A stretch of DNA of 64,000 nt from an uncultured virus (IMG/VR IMGVR_UViG_3300011223_000002) (taxonomy: Duplodnaviria; Heunggongvirae; Uroviricota; Caudoviricetes): the IMG/VR virus record IMGVR_UViG_3300011223_000002, positions 62,001-126,000 of that record. One strand, given 5' to 3'. Under the pieces are notes generated by a model, which had not been told where the DNA came from, searched no databases, and saw only the letters and a list, made by a program, of their open reading frames with translations. How positions within the stretch are numbered: position 1 is the first letter of the stretch; each line of letters starts with the position of its first letter. A program made the position numbers and the translations under genes. Positions 17,755-27,688 of this stretch are shown here, piece after piece.

Positions 17755-18243
17755 TTACAGTGAGTTTACATAACCTACATCAACCAGTTCCGGTTTACGG
17801 GCGGCTTCTTTGGCCAGCACATCGCACCGTTCGTTATCAGCTACGCCCGAGTGGGCTTTGACCTTGACAAACTTGACCTTATTCTTCTTCAGCAGTTCAT
17901 TGAGAACCATCATGAGGTCTTTGTTCTTGACGGGTTGCTGTGACTGGAACCCTACCCAGCGATTACGAATCCAGCCCTTCATCCATTTGGTAGCTGCGTT
18001 GATGGCATACATGGAGTCAGAATAGATCGTGACGTCGATCCCTGGGCCGAATTCTTCTAATGCAGCAATTACCGCAAGTACCTCCATGCGGTTGTTGGTG
18101 GTTAGCATGTAACCTTTGGACAGTTCGACGGCGACATCACCACAACGTGCAACAATGCCATAGCCACCCGGGCCCGGGTTGCCCAACGCACTACCGTCTG
18201 TGTGGATATGGTAGTGCGGTACAGCAGGTTTCTTTTTAGCCAT
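17755..18243 (-). CDS. rnhA: Ribonuclease HI
   Basis: TDGSALGNPGPGG, TTNNRME, YSDSMY, VKNKDL, VKAHSG..NERCD motifs. Confidence 0.95.
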   Translation of the reverse strand: MAKKKPAVPHYHIHTDGSALGNPGPGGYGIVARCGDVAVELSKGYMLTTNNRMEVLAVIAALEEFGPGIDVTIYSDSMYAINAATKWMKGWIRNRWVGFQSQQPVKNKDLMMVLNELLKKNKVKFVKVKAHSGVADNERCDVLAKEAARKPELVDVGYVNSL

Positions 18244-19276
18244 GTTTATCTCGTGCTAGTTTTGACTGTTCAAGGCCATCAACCAGATTGATGCGTGAAT
18301 GAATGGCGTCTCGCAGGTAATTGAAATAACTCTCCTGCTCAACCACATCCATCCGACCAATGATCCGTTTAAGATGGTCTTCCCAGTTAGGGTCTGAAGT
18401 ATGGGTGATGATGAAAGACCCATCTGCGTAACTTCCGGTAACCGCCCAGTCCTTTATCCCGGCGCGGAACAAGTAGATATCTACCCTTGGAAGAGCTAGA
18501 GGGCAGAAGCTGAGTTTACCGGTCAGGTAGAAATTGTTGCCCCGTAGCTCTATTCCCGCCATGTTCTGTTGTTCGAAGTACGCCACCTCGCCTACAATCT
18601 CGAGGGTGCTGTCGGTAATCATGCAACTGAAAAGTGTCAAATCGTTTGATTGGTGGTTGAATATATCCACGTTTACAATCTGACATTGGTTAAACATATA
18701 ACGGTGGGGTAGGGGATCCTCTTCATCGTCCTTAGGTGTTTGATCCGTATCCAATGTTGTGAGTGCAAAGTCTTCCAACAGTGAACTGACAATCAGCCCA
18801 TCTGCGGGAAGGACCGCACGAAAAACACTGGCCGCGTTGAAAGACATCCTCTGGTATCGGGTAGGACCTCCGCCTTCTCGAAAGCAAGCGCGGCTGTTAT
18901 CAACGGTCAGACCTGCAATGTCACAATCAATCAACGAAGTCTCGGTGATGACGTTGGTTCCGTACAACCCACAGGAATAGATAAAGCTATTAGTCAAATA
19001 GGTTACGGACGAGAAGTCTTTGCCGTGGACTTCTATCCACGCCGCGGCGAACTTGACAAAGGATTCCGTAGTCAAACGAACATATGACTTAGGGCACAGG
19101 TAGAGGTCTATTGTGACCGATGGGTTATCAGGGTTACCCGTGAGGATGAGTACCTGATAGTGGGTGTAAACATTCAGGTACTCGAGCATACCTCCGTGCC
19201 TCTGAGGCTCACGTTTATCCTTACTTGGTGGAATAGCGACTCCATCCAGAGTAACTTGTGCGCGTCGCGTTTTCAT
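18236..19276 (-). CDS. Hypothetical protein, possible beta-helix; paralogue of 19332..20774
   Basis: ~5-residue periodic S/I/L/C pattern; C-terminal YLRDAIHSRINLV. Confidence 0.65.
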   Translation of the reverse strand: MKTRRAQVTLDGVAIPPSKDKREPQRHGGMLEYLNVYTHYQVLILTGNPDNPSVTIDLYLCPKSYVRLTTESFVKFAAAWIEVHGKDFSSVTYLTNSFIYSCGLYGTNVITETSLIDCDIAGLTVDNSRACFREGGGPTRYQRMSFNAASVFRAVLPADGLIVSSLLEDFALTTLDTDQTPKDDEEDPLPHRYMFNQCQIVNVDIFNHQSNDLTLFSCMITDSTLEIVGEVAYFEQQNMAGIELRGNNFYLTGKLSFCPLALPRVDIYLFRAGIKDWAVTGSYADGSFIITHTSDPNWEDHLKRIIGRMDVVEQESYFNYLRDAIHSRINLVDGLEQSKLARDKHG

Positions 19277-19292
19277 ATCTACCTCCTTAATA

Positions 19293-19322
19293 ACCTACTC
19301 TGCCGTATTAGGCAGAGTAGGT
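19293..19322 (-). terminator. Hairpin/terminator (CCTAC-stem family)
   Basis: 12 bp stem ACCTACTCTGCC/GGCAGAGTAGGT. Confidence 0.6.
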
Positions 19323-19331
19323 ACCTGATGG

Positions 19332-20774
19332 TTATTCAAACACACTGCGGTAACGTTTGTAATGACCGTTCAATATTGACGTCGTCTTTTCAGCGGCATT
19401 GAGTGTTGAGATCAACTTCAAGCGCGAAACGATCGTGTTGGTGATATAACGCATGACACTGGATGTGAAGTCATCCTGGTTATAGGGATTATCATCATCC
19501 AACCGCAAAAGTGCCGCCACGGTTTTCTGAATTTCATAATCGCCGTCGGTGATCTTTATCGGGAAGGATTTGCAATGACCCGGATCATACAACGAGAACA
19601 AGGTCCTACTTTCACGAATCAGCTTGACGTCGTTCTGCCCTGGGACTTGGATCTCTGTCAGGTCGAACTTGTTGCTGTGGTAGATATCCCCCTTGCCTGA
19701 AAGGTATACCGCTTTCATACGAGCGTTATGAACAAGCACGTCACTCTTGTCCAGCAACGACACCTTATCAAGGCTGGCGTGGTTGAAACTGGCGGGACCG
19801 CCGGCGGTGACCTGGCATTCACGGAGTGAAGATCCCTCTATGAATAGCGATTGCCCTCGGAGGGTGCTGTCTTCTATTTCTGATTCAAAGAGGGTGGCAT
19901 TTTCCAGCGAGGAGTTCCTTACCGTGGAGTCTCTCATCTTCGACCCTTTAATCTGGAGTCGCGTGATGGCACTCTCTTCTTCTTTAGCGCTAAATTCCCA
20001 AGGAGGCGAATAAGGAAGGTTCTCCTTTTTGGGAATCATGCTCACACTGGAGGAGTTGTAGATGTTTCGTTCGGAATTGGTGTTCATCAGAACAACATTC
20101 CCTATAAAGAAATCCTCCAGCGATCGGGCGTTGATCAGTAAGACGCTTGCTCCTTTCGTTGTAGGAGGGTAACCGTAGTTGTCAGGGGAGTAACTCCCCT
20201 CATCTAACACCAGCGAAGATTCCGCATCTGCGAGAATGGTGATAGCGGCGCCGTACGCTCGCACCTTGTAGATGTTGAACTGCTTACCACTGATAAGTTC
20301 CGCGATCGCCACCGGAACATAAGGGTAGCTCTCGATGAGCGCCGAATTGCCAAAGGGGAGGAACCGGTCTGTTGGAGTATGCGTTCCAACGGGTTCGATT
20401 ACCCTGCCATTGATGTAAACTTGCGGCCTGAACGGGAAGGTGCCGTTCTTGGCCATCACGTCGGCTTCGGCGATGATGTTTTGCAGAATCTGTTCACCAA
20501 TGCGTTTCCCGAAAACATCAGGATCATCGGTGTTGCTCGACAGGACACCGTTAGGATCGATTTCCAGATTCGTTTTGACTTCTTCAGTCGTGGGCAAGGC
20601 TACCTCCGCCACTGTCACCACTTTATCTTCTTCCCCCGAGATAGAAGGTACAGTATCGGGGTCGACTTGTGGTGTGTTCCAGGCAGTCTTGGCGGGCTTA
20701 CCACGCCCCCGTTCGCCGGTAGGTTTGGATTTCGATTTGCTTGTTGCTTCTTTTTCCACCGCGCTCATAATCAA
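19332..20774 (-). CDS. Hypothetical protein with pentapeptide-like repeats
   Basis: GSKMR DSTVR NSSLE NATLF ESEIE DSTLR periodicity; C-terminal YITNTIVSRLKLI. Confidence 0.7.
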   Translation of the reverse strand: MIMSAVEKEATSKSKSKPTGERGRGKPAKTAWNTPQVDPDTVPSISGEEDKVVTVAEVALPTTEEVKTNLEIDPNGVLSSNTDDPDVFGKRIGEQILQNIIAEADVMAKNGTFPFRPQVYINGRVIEPVGTHTPTDRFLPFGNSALIESYPYVPVAIAELISGKQFNIYKVRAYGAAITILADAESSLVLDEGSYSPDNYGYPPTTKGASVLLINARSLEDFFIGNVVLMNTNSERNIYNSSSVSMIPKKENLPYSPPWEFSAKEEESAITRLQIKGSKMRDSTVRNSSLENATLFESEIEDSTLRGQSLFIEGSSLRECQVTAGGPASFNHASLDKVSLLDKSDVLVHNARMKAVYLSGKGDIYHSNKFDLTEIQVPGQNDVKLIRESRTLFSLYDPGHCKSFPIKITDGDYEIQKTVAALLRLDDDNPYNQDDFTSSVMRYITNTIVSRLKLISTLNAAEKTTSILNGHYKRYRSVFE

Positions 20775-22771
20775 ACATTTCCTTTGATGGCTTCGATGAG
20801 TTTATCAACACTGGAGTAGTCAGCTACGTCGAACGTAGGAATACTCAGCTCAGTTGCCTTTAACAGTTTTGCTTTGCCCGGACGAATCCCCACAATCAGG
20901 GCGTGACAGTCCTTGGTGAGTTTATCAGTCAATTCGATATCGACATTAGCGAAATGCTCTACCAAATCGTCACGCGACGCTTCGAACGTCCCAGTCACTG
21001 CTACACGACGGTCGTTCTCGATTACCGGAGTGAGGTCCAGTTCCAGTGCGTCGAACAAGGCACGGAAATTTTCCTCAAACAGGGGATCGTCGAACGCACC
21101 GACAATCTTCAATGCGGTCCCCGAAGCGATTCCCTTCACTGACATCAAGAACCTTGGATCAGTTAACCCACGTTCTATCGCTCCTTCTTCATCACAGGGC
21201 GTAGCCTGTAGCAGGGCATTCGCGATGCGTTTCGCCAAGACAATGCCAACATCCGGCAATCCCAGGCCTTTAATGAAACGGTGGAGGGGTTGCTTACGAC
21301 CGCGTTCAATATTCACCCAGGCGCTGTCCAACATGTACCCTTTGGCCATGGTTGGAAGCGCAAAGATGTCCGCGGGAATTTTGATCATTTCGCGATCGAC
21401 CAGCACCCCCAATGCCGCTGGACCTAGGCCGTCAATGTCCAACCCGAACTTATCGACCAGGTTGACACAACGACGCGTAAGCTGCGCAGGACAGCCTGCA
21501 ACGTTATTACAGACGAGATCAGCGCTGGTCTTGCCTACCACGACTTCCAACAAGTAAGAACAGCTAGGGCACTCTGTAGGGGCTTCCAGCAAAGGTCCTT
21601 CCGCATGCTCAACCACGTGGTTGATGCGCGGGATAACATCGTTGTTGCGGGTAACAGAAACAACATCACCCACACACAACCCCAGGTCCATGAAGGAACC
21701 GTAGTTATCTAAGGAGGCGCTCCTGCACATCACGCCACCGACCTTTACTGGCGAGTACTTTCCCGTGGGAACGACCCTCCCGAAACGCGAAGTATTCCAG
21801 AGCACGTCCTCCATGGGGGTGTGGGCTTCTTCGTTCGGGAACTTGTACGCGGTCATGTAGTTCGGGAACTTGGAGGTAGTCCCTACACGGTCCCATTCAC
21901 TGAACTCGTTAACCTTGACCATGATACCGTCGATTGGGATATGATCCCCGCGACGGTTTTCAATGATATCCTCCATCCCCATGAGGAGTGGTGAATGAAT
22001 ACCCATGTTCAGTAAATTGTCGCGCTGGTTCTTGTAGCTGTAGCTGTCCAAGCGAACACTCGTCCAATAAGCAGCAAAGCTCAACTTACCTACGACTTGC
22101 TCGTCTTGATTCTCGGCCAGTGCACGAATCCAACCTGCGACAGCATTACGAGGAGTCGCCTTCTTCTTCTCGTAGGTCTCGTTCAGGCGATCGAACGCTG
22201 TCATGTTGATGTAACCTTCACCCCGAACAAGGAGCTCTTCGGGAATCTCGCCGTAGGTCTCATCCCAAGTAAGCTTCTCCGGAATGCCAAAGACACCACC
22301 AAACAGCCGCCAGGCGTGTGTGACGTCCTCACCTACCATCCCAGCGCCACGAGTCACAATGTGATCAATCCAGAGTTCGTTTGTCCCGCCTTTTCGCAAG
22401 TAACGCACTTCGAGGGCCAGGCCGTCGATTTTCTGTTCGAAGAGAAAGTTAGTACCTGGTTTGAAAGAACCAATGAACTGGTGAACCTCTTGAACACTGT
22501 TGGCTTTCTTCGACCCCAACATCGGGGTTGTAAGCTGGACAGCCCGCAGGGTTTCACCAGTGGGTTCGGCAATAGGGACCGGTTTGCTGGCAAACTCGAA
22601 TTGCGCAGCCAGTTCCGGGTGTTGATCGCAGAGTTCAGTAAACTCACGATAAAGACTGTCATATTCCTGATCAGGGATTACAGGCGCGTCTTCAACGAAA
22701 TACTTCTTTGCATGGTAGGCAATCTGCTCGTGCAATTCGCGCATGCGTTCGGCAGGTGAATGTTTGGCCAT
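20771..22771 (-). CDS. ligA: NAD-dependent DNA ligase
   Basis: IPDQEYD, EQKIDGLA adenylation motif, TRGAG..GEDVT, VRGE, IDGIMVK, AYKFP, Zn finger CPSC...C...C, HhH and C-terminal BRCT. Confidence 0.95.
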   Translation of the reverse strand: MAKHSPAERMRELHEQIAYHAKKYFVEDAPVIPDQEYDSLYREFTELCDQHPELAAQFEFASKPVPIAEPTGETLRAVQLTTPMLGSKKANSVQEVHQFIGSFKPGTNFLFEQKIDGLALEVRYLRKGGTNELWIDHIVTRGAGMVGEDVTHAWRLFGGVFGIPEKLTWDETYGEIPEELLVRGEGYINMTAFDRLNETYEKKKATPRNAVAGWIRALAENQDEQVVGKLSFAAYWTSVRLDSYSYKNQRDNLLNMGIHSPLLMGMEDIIENRRGDHIPIDGIMVKVNEFSEWDRVGTTSKFPNYMTAYKFPNEEAHTPMEDVLWNTSRFGRVVPTGKYSPVKVGGVMCRSASLDNYGSFMDLGLCVGDVVSVTRNNDVIPRINHVVEHAEGPLLEAPTECPSCSYLLEVVVGKTSADLVCNNVAGCPAQLTRRCVNLVDKFGLDIDGLGPAALGVLVDREMIKIPADIFALPTMAKGYMLDSAWVNIERGRKQPLHRFIKGLGLPDVGIVLAKRIANALLQATPCDEEGAIERGLTDPRFLMSVKGIASGTALKIVGAFDDPLFEENFRALFDALELDLTPVIENDRRVAVTGTFEASRDDLVEHFANVDIELTDKLTKDCHALIVGIRPGKAKLLKATELSIPTFDVADYSSVDKLIEAIKGNV

Positions 22772-22835
22772 TTGAAAAACCCTCTAAGCAACATAAAGGT
22801 TAGGGAGCGCCAGGGGTCACCCCCTAGCGGTCCTC

Positions 22836-23348
22836 TTAAACGATATCACGGACCTTATTACGTTCCGCCAGTAGTCCATTCAGGTACAAAATATCCTTAT
22901 GGTCCTGCTCACGTTTGTGAGCGGGGCGGCGCGATTCGATGAAGCCGCCCCGTTTCTGTGTCAACAGCGTCAGCGGGTCAAAGATCTGCACCCCATCAAC
23001 AACCAGGCTGTTGAAGTAGCGATTACGCTGGCGGATGTACAGTGTGACCCGCTCACCGCCTCTCGTTACCGGCATCGCGATGGAGTGGCCATGAGTTTCC
23101 ATCTCAACCATTCCGAGTGTGACCGGGACCACAGTGTCAGTCATGGGGTGGTTGGTGACCCCTTGGGCCTCGGCGATCTTCTCGAAGTAGGGGCTGTCGA
23201 TCCAGAGATTCAGGTCCGCCGTGTGTTCACGAGCGCCCATTACCACTAACGCGCCTCCACCGCCAAGACAGACTTGGTCGAGCGGTATTTCTAATCCGCT
23301 CGCAAACAAGTTGATCATGGCTTTGATAGTTTCTTTATCTTTGAACAT
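22836..23348 (-). CDS. Nucleotidyltransferase-fold protein (AbiEii/DUF6036-like) with an altered active site
   Basis: CLGGGGALVVMG..EHTADLNLW (DxD replaced by DxN) and C-terminal LLTQK...R..DHKDILYL. Confidence 0.65.
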   Translation of the reverse strand: MFKDKETIKAMINLFASGLEIPLDQVCLGGGGALVVMGAREHTADLNLWIDSPYFEKIAEAQGVTNHPMTDTVVPVTLGMVEMETHGHSIAMPVTRGGERVTLYIRQRNRYFNSLVVDGVQIFDPLTLLTQKRGGFIESRRPAHKREQDHKDILYLNGLLAERNKVRDIV

Positions 23349-23356
23349 AACAGACC

Positions 23357-23785
23357 TTACGCGATGATGCGAGCAGTGTAACGGCGCTCTTTAATGATTA
23401 ATTCCAATTGGCGCTCTTGCTCCAACCAGGCGGTTTCTTCTTCCGGTGTTTGGACCCGTGCCTTAACCAATGCACGTTTCCAGCGTAGCAATTCAGACGG
23501 GCTGTGGGTCCAGATCCCGTTAACACACACGACACCTGCGTAGATATCGTGCGCGTTCAGTGTAACCTCTAAGTCGTGGACGACAGTCTCCACTGCTTCG
23601 TCGCCCTGCTTAGTAGAGATGTAGTGGTAGAAGCTGGGACGAATCCCAGCCAGAATGTTTTCTACCTCTTGTTCAACGCCAAGTACAACCAAAGCAGCGT
23701 TACCGCTCAAGATGACGTCAGGGGCGTCTTCGTTGAGTTCGACCAGTAACGCTTTATAACGCTCTACAACGCGTGCTTTGTCCAT
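23357..23785 (-). CDS. Degenerate paralogue of the adjacent nucleotidyltransferase
   Basis: VILSGNAALVVLG aligns with VCLGGGGALVVMG; VVCVNGIWTHSPSELLRWKR aligns with LVVDGVQIFDPLTLLTQKR; DxD motif absent. Confidence 0.55.
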   Translation of the reverse strand: MDKARVVERYKALLVELNEDAPDVILSGNAALVVLGVEQEVENILAGIRPSFYHYISTKQGDEAVETVVHDLEVTLNAHDIYAGVVCVNGIWTHSPSELLRWKRALVKARVQTPEEETAWLEQERQLELIIKERRYTARIIA

Positions 23786-23803
23786 GCTGACTGCTCCATT
23801 GTG

Positions 23804-24091
23804 CTAGTGCAAAGTTGGAGGCCCCGCTACCCAACCCACAATGTTCTGAATCGACTGCACCAATTGGGGCGGTGGATTCAGGTTGTAGATGTAGAAGCTG
23901 ATAGGCCGAGTGCCTGTAGCATCGAAAGTGACATGCGCTTGGTTAACCCCGCCGAAGCTGATGGTGATGCTTGGAGTGCCATCAAGGTCAGTGTGACGAT
24001 TGATGACGACGTTGATTACCCCACGGGGATCGACGTGAAGGGTCCCATCGGGACCCGCCATTGCTTGGACTTGCTGAGTTTGAGGAAGCAT
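23804..24091 (-). CDS. Hypothetical protein
   Basis: 95 aa, first gene after the promoter at 24109-24126. Confidence 0.55.
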   Translation of the reverse strand: MLPQTQQVQAMAGPDGTLHVDPRGVINVVINRHTDLDGTPSITISFGGVNQAHVTFDATGTRPISFYIYNLNPPPQLVQSIQNIVGWVAGPPTLH

Positions 24092-24108
24092 AGGAACGGT
24101 ATCCTGTA

Positions 24109-24126
24109 GATGATATAGGTTTCAAA
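24109..24126 (-). promoter_or_regulatory. Phage early promoter
   Basis: Minus strand TTTGAAACCTATATCATC. Confidence 0.55.
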
Positions 24127-26592
24127 TTAAATGATGGTGCTATGTGTGTTTACATCGCCCGGGAGCGACAACCCTTCGTAACGCATGGCGACAATATTCG
24201 GATTACTGAACGCACCGTACTGCGTCAGGTAGTGGCTTACCATGAACAACTGGCGAGCACCTTTGCGGTTGGTCAGGTCTTGGATAAAGTTGAGGAAACG
24301 GCCGCGCTTAATTTCGTCCAACGCAGTTCCTACTTCATCCATAATCAACGGATAGTCGTCACCTTGGTAAGAAAGGCTTGCCAGTCGTGCAGCGAAATCA
24401 ATGATGCTCGCTTCGCCCAGGCTGCAGTTCTCCACATCCGGAGTTGGTGGTTGGTCTCCGGTCACCACTGGGAACTTGTAGGTCAAATCCCCGTTTTCCT
24501 TGTTGCACGGCTTGATAAACAGCGGCGTGTTCCAGACTGTTTGCAGAATGGCATTGACGTTCCCGCACCAGGTCTTGATAAAGTCAGTCATTAACCGACC
24601 AATCAACCCCTTGTTAGGGCACAGGCCGTCCATGAGGTTCTCCACCACCAACAGACGACGCTTCAACCGTTCAATATCCACAAAGATCGAGTTGACTACT
24701 GCACCCAATGACCGACTACGGATAATCGATGACAGATAATCTTCTTTCTCTTCTGACAACAGTCCGATCCTTTCATCCACACGCGACCGCAGATTAGCCA
24801 ACCCCTCATTCTTTAAACCTTCCAGGATCTCTTCGCGTAGCGCTCCTAGCTGTTCTAGGTCAGCTTTATAGTTTTGAATCGTGCTTAGCGAGTTATTGAA
24901 GCGTTTCAGCCGCGATCGGTAAAACGCAATACGTCGATTCTCTACATCCAGAGCCACTTCCCAGTGTTTCACGTAATCGACTACATCTAGAACCGAGTCT
25001 GTCTTCAACAACCCGATACGGGTTTCAAGGACATTGTGCTCTTTCATCAGTTCTTCGATGCGTTTCTTGCAGGCCAACGTCTGCATGTAGCAGCGCAGCC
25101 CGTTGAGCAGGTTAACGGTGTCCACCTTACCCACTTCGTATTCCTTGACCAACATGGGCAGACATGGCACGTCCGCATTGAAACGACAGAACTGGTAGAG
25201 TGCGAGCATGCTCTCGTACCAACCACGATCGTTGTCAATGCCATCAGTGAGCCTAGATAATTCCTCGGTCAGTAAAGCAATACGTTTAGGCAAGGCCTCG
25301 ACACGCTGACGAAGACGCTGCAGTTCCTCAGGCTTAACCCCCGCCTTAAACTCATGTTCGCACTCAGGACAGTTCAAGAGTTCCTGGTTGTCATAGTGCT
25401 TGAGTTGGTGGCGATCAGCTTCCAAGTCCTGTTTGGTCTGCCGAAGAACCGAGGTCAACGTTTCTTGTTGCGCGAGAAGCTGTTTGAACTGAACACCGGT
25501 TAACCCCTCAGCGTTGCAAATCACCACGCGACGCAACTGCGTAGCAAAGGCGGGCTCAATCTGGTCCAAGCCAACGAGGTTTTGCTCGGGGTCGCCCAAC
25601 ACCGGGTAATTCTGTAGCAAGGTCTCGTGTTGAGCGAGTTCTTCCTTACACGCGGTGATATCCAGTTGCAGCTGGTCCGCTTGGTGACTAAAGGCTTGAG
25701 GGTCTTCCAACAACTCTTCCATACCCTCCAACAAGCCTGCGTTCTCGCTGATGAGCATTTGGATGCCGGAGGCCTGTTCCTCGTGCATCTCCAGCAGATC
25801 TGTAGTGGTTTTAATCCCTGCAACGAGTTCGTCTTCGGTTTCAATAAACCCACTGGCCTTGTTCAGGGTCAGGCGATCGGTCATATCAGAGAACCGCGCG
25901 ATCTTCGCCTTTAACTGACCATCTACTTTGACCGCCTGGAGTCCGCCACGCACTAACAAGGACTGACGCAGTTCTTCGTCGATGCCCTTTACACGGGCTT
26001 CAAGTTCTTCAACCCCGCACCCAGCAATACGCTCCAACTTTTTGTTCTCTTCAGTGTAACGCGCCACCTGACCTTTGATCTGCGCCTTGAGGTCATTCTT
26101 CTCGTTGCGGAGCCGGTTCCATACACTGAGGGCGTAACTCGTGTCGTTGGGGTAGAGGTGAAGAAAGAACTCCTTACGCTGCCCAGGGCCCATCATTGAG
26201 AACAATGAACGTGGATACAAACCAGACAGCACACGATTTGCTTTCGGTGTGATTCGGAAATGTTCCCAGCACAGGTCCAATTGGACTTGGTAGGTTCCGT
26301 TCTTGTTGAACTCTTCTCCGTCGACCTTGAAACTGTGACCGTTCCCTACACCCGGATAGGAATCCAAAATATAACGCTTCTTGCCTTTCGTTTGCTCGAA
26401 GTATTTACGTCCGCCGGTGCGGTAGTTGCCGTTCTCTGGTGGGAGAGGTGAAAGCTCACGCAGAATGCTAGTCTTACCGGTGCCGTTTGCGGCAATAAAC
26501 AAATTTATAAGGTGCTGAATATCCAGCTCGACTTTTGTAAACCCACTGCTGAGCAGAGGGATGTACTGTTCAAGAATTAACTTAATAAACAT
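24127..26592 (-). CDS. sbcC: SbcC/Rad50-like SMC ATPase
   Basis: Walker A AANGTGKT, long coiled coil with CPEC zinc hook, signature-like CSLGE, Walker B LIMDE, D-loop ALD, H-loop VSH. Confidence 0.9.
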   Translation of the reverse strand: MFIKLILEQYIPLLSSGFTKVELDIQHLINLFIAANGTGKTSILRELSPLPPENGNYRTGGRKYFEQTKGKKRYILDSYPGVGNGHSFKVDGEEFNKNGTYQVQLDLCWEHFRITPKANRVLSGLYPRSLFSMMGPGQRKEFFLHLYPNDTSYALSVWNRLRNEKNDLKAQIKGQVARYTEENKKLERIAGCGVEELEARVKGIDEELRQSLLVRGGLQAVKVDGQLKAKIARFSDMTDRLTLNKASGFIETEDELVAGIKTTTDLLEMHEEQASGIQMLISENAGLLEGMEELLEDPQAFSHQADQLQLDITACKEELAQHETLLQNYPVLGDPEQNLVGLDQIEPAFATQLRRVVICNAEGLTGVQFKQLLAQQETLTSVLRQTKQDLEADRHQLKHYDNQELLNCPECEHEFKAGVKPEELQRLRQRVEALPKRIALLTEELSRLTDGIDNDRGWYESMLALYQFCRFNADVPCLPMLVKEYEVGKVDTVNLLNGLRCYMQTLACKKRIEELMKEHNVLETRIGLLKTDSVLDVVDYVKHWEVALDVENRRIAFYRSRLKRFNNSLSTIQNYKADLEQLGALREEILEGLKNEGLANLRSRVDERIGLLSEEKEDYLSSIIRSRSLGAVVNSIFVDIERLKRRLLVVENLMDGLCPNKGLIGRLMTDFIKTWCGNVNAILQTVWNTPLFIKPCNKENGDLTYKFPVVTGDQPPTPDVENCSLGEASIIDFAARLASLSYQGDDYPLIMDEVGTALDEIKRGRFLNFIQDLTNRKGARQLFMVSHYLTQYGAFSNPNIVAMRYEGLSLPGDVNTHSTII

Positions 26593-26641
26593 GATATGAA
26601 TTCTTCAAAGATTGTTCTGTCTAAATAATGGGGTGGCTAGT

Positions 26642-27631
26642 GTGAAGAAGTTAGATATTTTGGGCGTTGCCACGGTCGCCGGTGTCAAGGATACCAACAC
26701 CAAGGAAATCATGGTCAACTTTGCGGGATGGTCGCCAACCGCAGATGGACGCGCCCTGGCTCAAGTTAAGATGCAAGAAGAAAGCGCTCCCAATGCGAAC
26801 GGTGAAGTGGTCACCAGTAAATCCCTGACCTCAAACACCCACCCCGCGACCTGGGCGGCCATCGGTGAACCCAACCGCATTACCCCACCGGATGTGCGCG
26901 AAGGTTCTCAAGTCGCCATCTATCAAGTGCAGGGACAAGACAAACTGTACTGGACCTCGTTTGGGGTTAGTACGGAAACTCATCGCCTAGAGACTGTTAT
27001 CTGGGGGTATAACGCTTCCCCCAACACTGATCAAGACGTCCCGTTCGATGTCAATGATTATTACATGATCGCCATCTCAACCCACACGGGACACATGACG
27101 ATTCGGACCTCTCAAGCCAATGGCGAGAAATCTGCTTTTGAGATAAAGGTGGACGGCGCAGCCGGGAATGTAGTGGTGCGTGGTAGTAATGACTCTGTGA
27201 TGGAGTTCAATGACCACGAAGCATCCTTCACCTACCAGAACAAGGACAAGTCCACAGTTAACGTTGATCGCAAGGTCATGACACTGCTGACTGAAGACAC
27301 GATCAATGTGTTTGGTAAGTTAAGGCTCATGCTGAAGACCCAGCATTTTGGGTTGGAGTGTGAAACCATCAAGATAAAGGCTGATACAGCTGACGTCAAA
27401 ATCGGGCAAACCAATTGGGAAGGCAATATTTTCCATGAGGGTCTTCACGTCCAAGAGGGTGACTCTATTCGTGATGGCAGTACGATGAGCACCGGGGTTG
27501 TACAAGGTCTCCAGGGGGTAAGAAGCGCCGAGACCGATCTGGACACACACACCACCAGCTTCGTAGAAAGTGGCAAGGGCACCTCGGGTCCGCCCGTTCC
27601 CGTTCCACAACCACCTGTTCTCAAAGAATAA
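26642..27631 (+). CDS. Baseplate central spike protein (phiKZ gp164-like)
   Basis: NRITPPDVREG OB-fold motif, beta-helix-like middle, spike-type tail DLDTHTT..VESGKGTSGPP; divergent from sbcC; GTG 26642 preferred. Confidence 0.7.
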   Translation: MKKLDILGVATVAGVKDTNTKEIMVNFAGWSPTADGRALAQVKMQEESAPNANGEVVTSKSLTSNTHPATWAAIGEPNRITPPDVREGSQVAIYQVQGQDKLYWTSFGVSTETHRLETVIWGYNASPNTDQDVPFDVNDYYMIAISTHTGHMTIRTSQANGEKSAFEIKVDGAAGNVVVRGSNDSVMEFNDHEASFTYQNKDKSTVNVDRKVMTLLTEDTINVFGKLRLMLKTQHFGLECETIKIKADTADVKIGQTNWEGNIFHEGLHVQEGDSIRDGSTMSTGVVQGLQGVRSAETDLDTHTTSFVESGKGTSGPPVPVPQPPVLKE

Positions 27632-27641
27632 CTTACCTCCT

Positions 27642-27679
27642 CCCCTACCCCACTCAGGTCGTCCTGAGTGGGGTAGGGG
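27642..27679. terminator. Bidirectional terminator (CCTAC-stem family)
   Basis: Perfect 17 bp stem between convergent genes. Confidence 0.75.
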
Positions 27680-27688
27680 GTATGTGGG

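Noticed and set aside
24127..26592. SbcC without an adjacent SbcD and with a CSLGE signature
   Set aside because: Unlinked sbcC and sbcD and divergent motifs are usual in phiKZ-like phages as I recall; not treated as novel
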